In this document: in pieces, positions 56,459-64,000 of the stretch
Numbering within the stretch: position 1 is the first letter of the stretch
How the letters are laid out: each line of letters begins with the position of its first letter
NCBI GenBank assembly: GCA_012295275.1
Contig: CM022677.1
Coordinates: 6,200,001-6,264,000 of the forward strand
Length of the DNA stretch: 64,000 nucleotides
Origin: Chrysomallon squamiferum
Lineage: Eukaryota > Animalia > Mollusca
Direction of reading: 5' to 3'
The notes under the pieces: model-generated
Told to the model about the DNA's origin: nothing
What the model saw: the letters and a program-made list of their open reading frames with translations, nothing else
The model's database searches: none
Position numbers and translations under genes: made by a program

Positions 56459-56824
56459 CTGTGATAATTGCTAGAACTCAGATAACTGTGATAATTGCTA
56501 GAACTCAGATAATAATGTGTGCATGTGAGAGTATATCAGCAACAGTGATAATTACTACTACTCAGATAATAGTGTGTGTGCATGTGTGCGAGCATGAGTG
56601 TATCAGAAATAGTCATAATTGTACTATATGTGTGTGTGTGTGTGCATATCAGCAACTGTGATAATTACTACTACTCAGATAATAGTGTGTGTGCGTGAGT
56701 ATCAGCAATAGTGATAATTGCTACTATTTTGATGATAGTGTGAGTTCTTGTGTTTGTGTGTGTGCCTGTTTTTGTGTGAGTGTGTGTTTATCAGCAATAG
56801 TGATTATCGCTAGTACTCAGATAA

Positions 56825-56864
<40 letters not shown>

Positions 56865-56865
56865 T
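56262..56865 (+). repeat. Compound minisatellite: ~40-bp core separated by variable (GT)n tracts
   Basis: tatcagcaacagtgataattgctactactcagataatag repeated about ten times; one unit is retained in copy A at ~35495-35535. Confidence 0.85.
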
Positions 56866-57852
56866 AAGAAATATTTGGTTATCAGTTTATATGGTTAAAT
56901 GCTTTGTAGAAAATACTCAGGCCTGTATTATTTAAATTTAAGATTGAAACTGACTGTGCCCTTTGTCTTTGTTTCAAGGGACACAACTCTGAATTAAAGA
57001 GCTTGAATATTGGTGGAAACTCATTAGGTAATAAATTGTATTTTGCATAGTTAGTTCTTAATAAAAAATAATAAAATAGAAGCTTGCATATTGTTTGAGA
57101 TTTATATTATTTATTTTTGTTACTATACACACACACACACAGAGCACGTGTCTTACAACATTGTCTTTGTTTTAAATACATTTTAACTTCATTTTAAATA
57201 CACACAGGATTCATTATTGTAACTATTAGCTGAATGCACAGGATAATTGTGGTTTATTTATTCATTAGTGGCAAAATTAAATTATATTAAAGTGGCAGGA
57301 AAGAATGTTACAATCAAATATTTTAATTAATCAAATATTTTATTATGAATGATGTAACTATAACGGTTGTTAAAGGTTAATTAAAGATTGTAAGAATAAT
57401 TTCAAATGTACTTTCATCATGTGATATTTCAAGTAGAAACAGTATTAGAAGACCATTTTCTTACGGTCTAATACTATATAGGTGTAAAATGTTTATTTAC
57501 TTAATATTCCTGGCAGTCATCTTAAACTGGACTAAAATATTAAAACAGTGTAAATATCAAATTTTAACAAATTAATAGAATTATTCAATTATATTAAAAC
57601 ATATTTTACTGAAGTATTGCTCTTTTAATCCTTTTATTTCAAATTTTAAAAATAATATTAAACTGATTGAAATTAAGAATGGAAAATCATTTAATACATT
57701 TTTTCATTATTAAAATTGGATGGAAAAAATAAAAATGTGGACTAAAATTTTTCTTGCTAAGACAGTGAAATGCAGTTAGAGCCGACAACAAAAATAATAC
57801 TAGCACTTTATTTTATGTTTTGTTTATTAATGAATATTATATTTTGTTGTAG

Positions 57853-58020
57853 GATCCTAGACAACAGATTCAAGCTGCCTCAGCCAGCACTTCAGTTGAA
57901 AATGTTGTAAGACACATTTTCAGAAAAGGTTCACTAGATCACCAGAATGCTTTTACATCACAGTCTTCCCTGTCCAGAGAAAACTCAACACTTTCAAGAG
58001 AAAATCTGTCTGAAATGTAA
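57853..58020 (+). CDS. Open terminal exon-like segment (55 aa plus stop) of an unidentified gene
   Basis: Acceptor ttgttgtag, then DPRQQIQAASASTSVENVVRHIFRKGSLDHQNAFTSQSSLSRENSTLSRENLSEM*; 168 bp, open in phase 0. Confidence 0.5.
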   Translation, partial: DPRQQIQAASASTSVENVVRHIFRKGSLDHQNAFTSQSSLSRENSTLSRENLSEM

Positions 58021-59236
58021 TTTGTAACTCAGTGATCTCCAAGAGACTGCATTGTCAATGTGATCAGAACATCCAGTGTACACATTGTACTTCATAGCAG
58101 CTTGCTCTGTTTTTATCATTGATACGTGCTTGGTTATTCTAAATAAGCTAAAATTAATGTGATAGTGCATAGAGGTGTTAATTTTTATAATGATCTTATT
58201 TTTATATTATTTAATTCAGGGGAAATTCAAGGTTTTGCAGGGGTAAAAAATGAGTTTAAATATATTTAAAATTATGTAATCATTGTGTACATATTTCTAA
58301 AATTGTTTAATTAGGGGTAATTAGATTTTTTATAAAAAAAAAAATGAAATCTAGAATTTTTTATAAAAACAAAATCCATTTTTTCTTTATATTATTTAAA
58401 TCAGGGGAAATCAACGGTTTAGGAGTAATTAATGTAAATATAATTGAATATTATGTAATTAGGGGTAATTATAACTTTGCGTAAAAAACCCCAAATAATT
58501 TGTTTTTCTTTATAAAACAAAAAAGGGTTGTGGGTAATTCAAGGGTTTGTTGTGGGTAATTAGTGTAAATATAATTTACTAATTAGAGGTAATTTGAATT
58601 TTTTAATAAAAAAAAAAAAAAAAAATAATATATATATTTTTAATGTAAACTGTTAATTAAATTGAACTTTTGATTGCATTAACCATGACTTTGCTGTTTT
58701 TAATTAGAAGAAACATGATGATCTTCAAGTTGAAATTACTTAAAAACCTGTCTAGATAATAAAACTTAAATATTCAGTTATTTTTGTTTAGACATTTCTG
58801 CCAGTTTTTATAATTTGCCTTTCCCATTTTAGAATTATTTCAATAAGGAATCTTTAAAAAAAAAAAAAAATAAAAAAAAAAAAAAAAAAAATAATATTAA
58901 TCTCTTTAAAAAATTAAGTACAATTTTGTATTTAATATGTTTCCAACCAGAACGAAAATTAAAGCTGGTTTGTTTGTTATTATTTCTTAATTAATTACTG
59001 TAAAATTCCTATTTTGCAGAAAACTTTTTTTTTCGATTTGTCCCTTGAGTAAAAACAATGAATTTTTCTATATACACTATAAATCTCGAGCTTTTCTAAC
59101 AATGCATTATAATAATGAATTAATGTGACATATGTCTTTAAGATTTTTTATCATGAACCCATTTCACTTTTATTTGATGTCATAGATTGTCATAATGAAG
59201 CCATAATCAAGCAAATTAAATTTTAAATCTTTTAAA

Positions 59237-59285
<49 letters not shown>

Positions 59286-59752
59286 GACATAGATAATTTC
59301 ATTTTCATTTTCTTTAAAATAAAAATTACTGCAAATCTGTTTTAAAAAATACTTGGTTTTAATAGTGCTAAAATTATTTTTTTAATCTGATTAATTTCAG
59401 CTATTTTCAAGTATCTTTCAATGTTAATACAACAATTTAAAATCGGGACAATAATATAATAATAAATCATTAAAATAATCCAATTAATAATTCTGTTTTT
59501 TATCTCTATTTTTATATCATTTTTCTGTGTTTTTTGTGAAAGATAACAACAAACAAAACACTTGGAACTTGTATTTATTTTTACATAAACAAGGACACTG
59601 TCTTTCACATGCAGCAGTTATTTGACAATGAACACATTAACTCTTTCTCACAGATAACATGTATGTACCAACTCATCCTTTCACATTCACATCTGTCTCT
59701 CTATGTCTGCATCTATTTCTCCTCTGGAAACATACAAAACACAAATTTCCTT

Positions 59753-59812
<60 letters not shown>

Positions 59813-60119
59813 CTGTTTCTCTACCAATCCAATATTTCTATACAACTTCAACAATTTCTTTATGTACATCTCCCTAACAGTTTATATACTTTCTGTGTAT
59901 CTCCTATAAAACTAGTTTCAATGTCATATGTTCATTTTAAAATTAATTATTTTAAATTACTTTTGCAATTAATTTTCTATCATTTATGAAAATAAAAAGG
60001 TTAAATAAAAAAAAAAGATAATGTTAAATAAAAAATAGAGGAAAAGGTGAACATTTTGAAATGAATATAAAAAATACCGATAATTTCACTTAGTTACATT
60101 TTATTCTACTAGGAGAAAT

Positions 60120-61516
60120 CTTACAAAGTTAGTAAGTTACATCATAGAAAACATGCCTGTCCTCCTGAACTGGTGTTTTATGAGATACGAGGATATTTTT
60201 AGTTAGCTAGAAGAAATATATCGTTTGTTTCATCCGATTAAAATATAACAATAACATCTTTACTATCAAGTACATCTTAATGTTTCTTCTCCGGTTATCA
60301 ATAAAATCTCACCAGAAACTTTTAAAATATCAGTCTGAACTGATTTATTTAATTATTTTTGTAAACACAACAAAAACTACAATAATACTAATTAAAATGA
60401 TAAATAAAATAATAATTAAGAAAGACTACTGAAACAAGGGAAAAAGAAAAAAGTCAAAAAAGAAATAAAATGATTATTTCAGGCATATATTCTTTACACT
60501 AGATCATGATATTTTTGACTGAACCTCAGTTTATTCATAGAGATCTGAAATCTTATTTGTTTATAGAACATAAACTCTGTCCAGTGTCACAAATTATATC
60601 TAGAAAAATACATTGTACGTCAAAATTTCGTGTTTCAGTAATTACTCCAATACGATTTTTATCATGACTCGACACTGATTTTGGAAGAAAAAACTGGCAA
60701 AAGGATTTTTTCTAATGAAACACGTGTTATCCAGACAGTCAGCTACATGTCTGCACAGCCCGACTTGTCTTCAAAAGTTTCACCCAAACGTTTCTTCACA
60801 AAACACTCGCCGTTGTACAGGACGAAAAGTAACACATTTCTTAAAATATACTTAATAAATATTAATTACCAGAACACTAATTAAAAGCACAATCTGTGGT
60901 GTAATTAATGAAATTCACCTTCATCTTTCTCCACCTCACTGACACCAGCTTAGAAAAAGTATATTTGTAAAATATACCCAACGCTTTGCCAGGAATTTAA
61001 AAATGATACTTTCTTCTATTACTACTTCTGTCAGGAAGAGAAAAAAAACAACACGAAAACACCCCACGAAAAAACAGTATTCGATCCTAAACATTACTGG
61101 TGTGATTTTACTATTAACACATGTTTCACTGAAAAGCTAAGTACGAGTAATTTTACACGACGTTATGAAAATAAGAACCGCCATCACTATTTATGTTACT
61201 TGTTTTATGTTTGTTAACAGAGGCATAGCGATAATATTATGTATTAAAAACATGAATCTGGAAATCTAACTCGCTATATTTCTCAGTTTCTAAATTATTC
61301 CAGTAGAATATAAGCCATCTATCAACTCGTCAGCTACTGTTCAAAAAAGGGTACATAACTCTCTATTTCCCTGCAGCATTTTATGTTTTATTTTTTTTTC
61401 AATTCACAGTTTCAAAGATTTAGTTTTAACTGTAGAAAAATGTGACATTTTATACATAATAACTTATAATAAATGTAAGCCATAATTTTTTATTTATTTA
61501 TTTATTTATTTATTTA

Positions 61517-61583
<67 letters not shown>

Positions 61584-62282
61584 TTATTATTTATTATTAT
61601 TATTCTTCATTGAGCTTCTCAAATAAATGTCTGGCTCATTTTCACCTTTTTATTTTTATGTAAACAAAAATATAAATAAATACAAAAATACAACATCATT
61701 TTCTGTTTGTCAATAAAAAGGATTGAAAAGTGGATATCTCCAGGTTACTTGTCTGTGTGAAGCTATAGCTACGTCATAAAATATACTGACATCCAGACTG
61801 GAGCGATGATGTTAACTTTTCAAGTCTTACGGATATTGAGAAGTAAAGAAATCGAATAAAGATTAAAATTTTCTTTTCTTTACATTACTATTGTTGTTGT
61901 CGTTGTCGTTGTTGTTCTTGTTTTATGTGTGTACTGTAGCATTATAGTAAACATTACAGGTGTAATTTTACTGCGAAAACACAGTGACCATTCAGAAAAG
62001 TAGATTGGGCTTCCAGATTAGCGTGTTTTTATAAACAACAGTAGAATTATATTAGAATATCGAGAACGCTTCCATACTAATGCGATTTTTATTAACAGAA
62101 CTTGTTTCACAGAACAGCTAAGTAGGAGTCATTTTACACGGCGTTATGAAAATAAGTCATCAGTATTTTATGTTTTTAACAGAGGCGTAGCGGTAATATT
62201 ATATATTGAAAACACAGTGTATTGATAAATAGAGGTATTATTGTTTTTAATTAACAATATTAGATAATTTTATTTTGCATAA

Positions 62283-62326
<44 letters not shown>

Positions 62327-63670
62327 AAGCTTAATTTTTCATTAACAGGTATAACGTATCTAACAAGTTCAATAATGAATCAACGTTTAATAATGCGAAT
62401 AATTCTTTTTTTTAATTTTTTTTATTAAGATAGTAGAATTGCAGTTGAGAGGTGAGAGGCTAGATTAAGATGAATTAACTTCACCATGTTATTGATATTT
62501 GCAAGTGCATCTTTCTTAAATACTAGAAAAGTTTAGAATATAGAGAAACATTAATAGATGTTTTTATTATTAAAAGTAAAGTGAAAAGGCGAGGATGCGC
62601 GAGATGAATCTTGTTTATTATAACACAAGTTCTGTAAATATACTGCGCTGTTACAGATTAATTCTTAATTAACTGTAGAAAGTGATATTCTATTATCTCC
62701 CCTAAAAATTAAATTGAAAATTAGACAATTAATATTCAACTAGATATAATCTAGAGAGCTATATGTAAATGTAAAATATTACGGTTCTTTCGCTGAATTT
62801 AAATGTATTAGTATAAACAGGTCTGGTTGAAGCAAATAAACTGTAAATATTGTCGTTCAGTTCCATTATATATGGTAAACAGCGTTCATCATAATAACAA
62901 CAACATTTTTTTTTCATTACTGCAATACAAAGGAAATTTCAGTTGCCGTTTACAGGGACAAATAAATACATAAATACATTTATTAATGTTAATATTAATA
63001 TTTAAGATCCTTCAGTATTTTAGGCATACACAGAACCTCTCCCAGTGAGATAAAATATCATCGCTGCTTTATTATCAATGTTTTCTGCAGTGTTTATCAT
63101 TTGTTTTACTGAGGTTTTAATTACAGCGACACCTGCACTTATCACTGTAATCTGAAAGTTAGATAGGTAGGTGGATAGATAGATAGACAGACAAATAGAT
63201 GGAGAGTGAGACACACATACAGACACACAGACAGATAGAAAAACCCAAAACTGAACTGAATAATTAAAATGACGAATAAAAGAAAAGTTGTGAAAAGCGA
63301 GGTTAATGTGATATTATATAATAATGCATGTACAAACATTTTCTTACAAGTTCATTTGCCTATGAAATGTAAAATGTCTATCTATCTCTATGTCTATCAA
63401 TGTATCTATCTGTCTGTTATTTAACTATATACATAAACACCCTCTCACTGATATGAAATCCTGTATATAACTATCCTCTAAGGCAAACACGTATACCAAA
63501 CTATTTCTTTTCTATGTGTGTGCTGTGTCTGTGTGTGTGTGTCTATCTCTCTATCTGTTTATTTGTTGATAATTGTTTCTTTCTTTATAATGACTGTATA
63601 CTGACATAACGATATTAACGATAAAAACAACAACACTAATTGCAATAATACTAATTAAAATCATTAGTCC
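60120..63670 (+). repeat. Second copy of block B2 (rearranged, with insertions)
   Basis: Collinear segments match 23930-26330, for example 60720-61030 with 24445-24790 and 61120-61345 with 24960-25185. Confidence 0.88.
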
Positions 63671-64000
63671 TAATCATAATACAAGTCAAATTGAAAACTT
63701 CAATAAACTAAACTCCTTGACAAACATCACACAAGAATACAATGCCTCGGCATACCTCATCCTTTTGATTTTATTGCCCCAAGTGGTGGAGTAAAATACA
63801 AAGCATATTTCTTGCCTAATTACCACATATTAATCAAGTTTCTTCTGCTGAACTTAAAAACCGATTATATGTTTACCTGTTATAATTTATCACTAACCTT
63901 ATGTCTATAGGACTAAAAAATAACAATCACTTTTGAAACCTCAAAATGCAGTATAGCGACTGCAAGTCATAATATACCTCGGAGGCCCGAATTGCCCCGA

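Larger units (their letters stand above)
52435..57027 (+). pseudogene. LRR gene copy B (ribonuclease-inhibitor/NLRC3-type leucine-rich repeats), disrupted
   Basis: Exons at ~52435-52535 (MEKDESDVQTLQTAQFQV), 53264-53621 (..LKPLKNIQ), 54316-54435 (VLNLSGNSSGPEAFQAVFLAMCSNTTVIFLSL), 54976-55104 (EYLDVLSNSLG..ALKENTKLKTL), 55264-55723 (LVENTGLTELDLSSNGLSD..GLAAALR), 56107-56232 (FTELNISSNQ) and 56979-57027 (HNSELKSLNIGGNSL). Several frameshifts are present. Confidence 0.82.

Noticed and set aside
56262-56865. Repeat-spacer pattern resembling CRISPR
   Set aside because: The spacers are just variable (GT)n microsatellite.
20690-63670. Uncollapsed haplotype as the sole explanation of the duplicated blocks
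   Set aside because: The copies differ by many substitutions and indels and are in permuted order. This makes the explanation unlikely, though read depth is needed to exclude it.
63728-64000. Possible start of another non-autonomous element at the window edge
   Set aside because: Only a few GC-rich motifs, truncated by the window end; no terminus can be verified.

Overview
Very AT-rich metazoan genomic DNA. GT-AG introns, (ATT)n/(CA)n/(GA)n/(ACT)n microsatellites and the repeat families suggest a mollusc or other lophotrochozoan (inference). I see no intact protein-coding gene, RNA gene or CRISPR array. The window is a mosaic of decayed transposons and duplicated gene fragments. It holds two convergent, frameshifted copies of one RNase H-bearing LINE family (1-2.8 kb +; 28.7-32.6 kb -) and a 14-exon minus-strand pseudogene (3.0-13.2 kb). 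Directly upstream of that pseudogene is an internally deleted GalEa-like Ty1/Copia remnant with gag, integrase and a tRNA-Met PBS. There are two complementary partial copies of an RI/NLRC3-type LRR gene (34-39 kb and 52-58 kb). The first is bracketed by ~800-bp inverted arms; the second is broken by a 6x64-bp exonic tandem amplification and ends in a different terminal exon. Also present are a hAT (Charlie/Buster) remnant, a satellite-bearing foldback element beside a 200-N gap, several minisatellites and four permuted duplicated blocks. The most notable observations are a 26-bp exon-templated insertion inside the Copia gag, the inverted-arm-flanked gene-fragment cassette and the apparent exon shuffling between the LRR copies. 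All family calls are by eye, without database searches, and I found no convincing new biological system.
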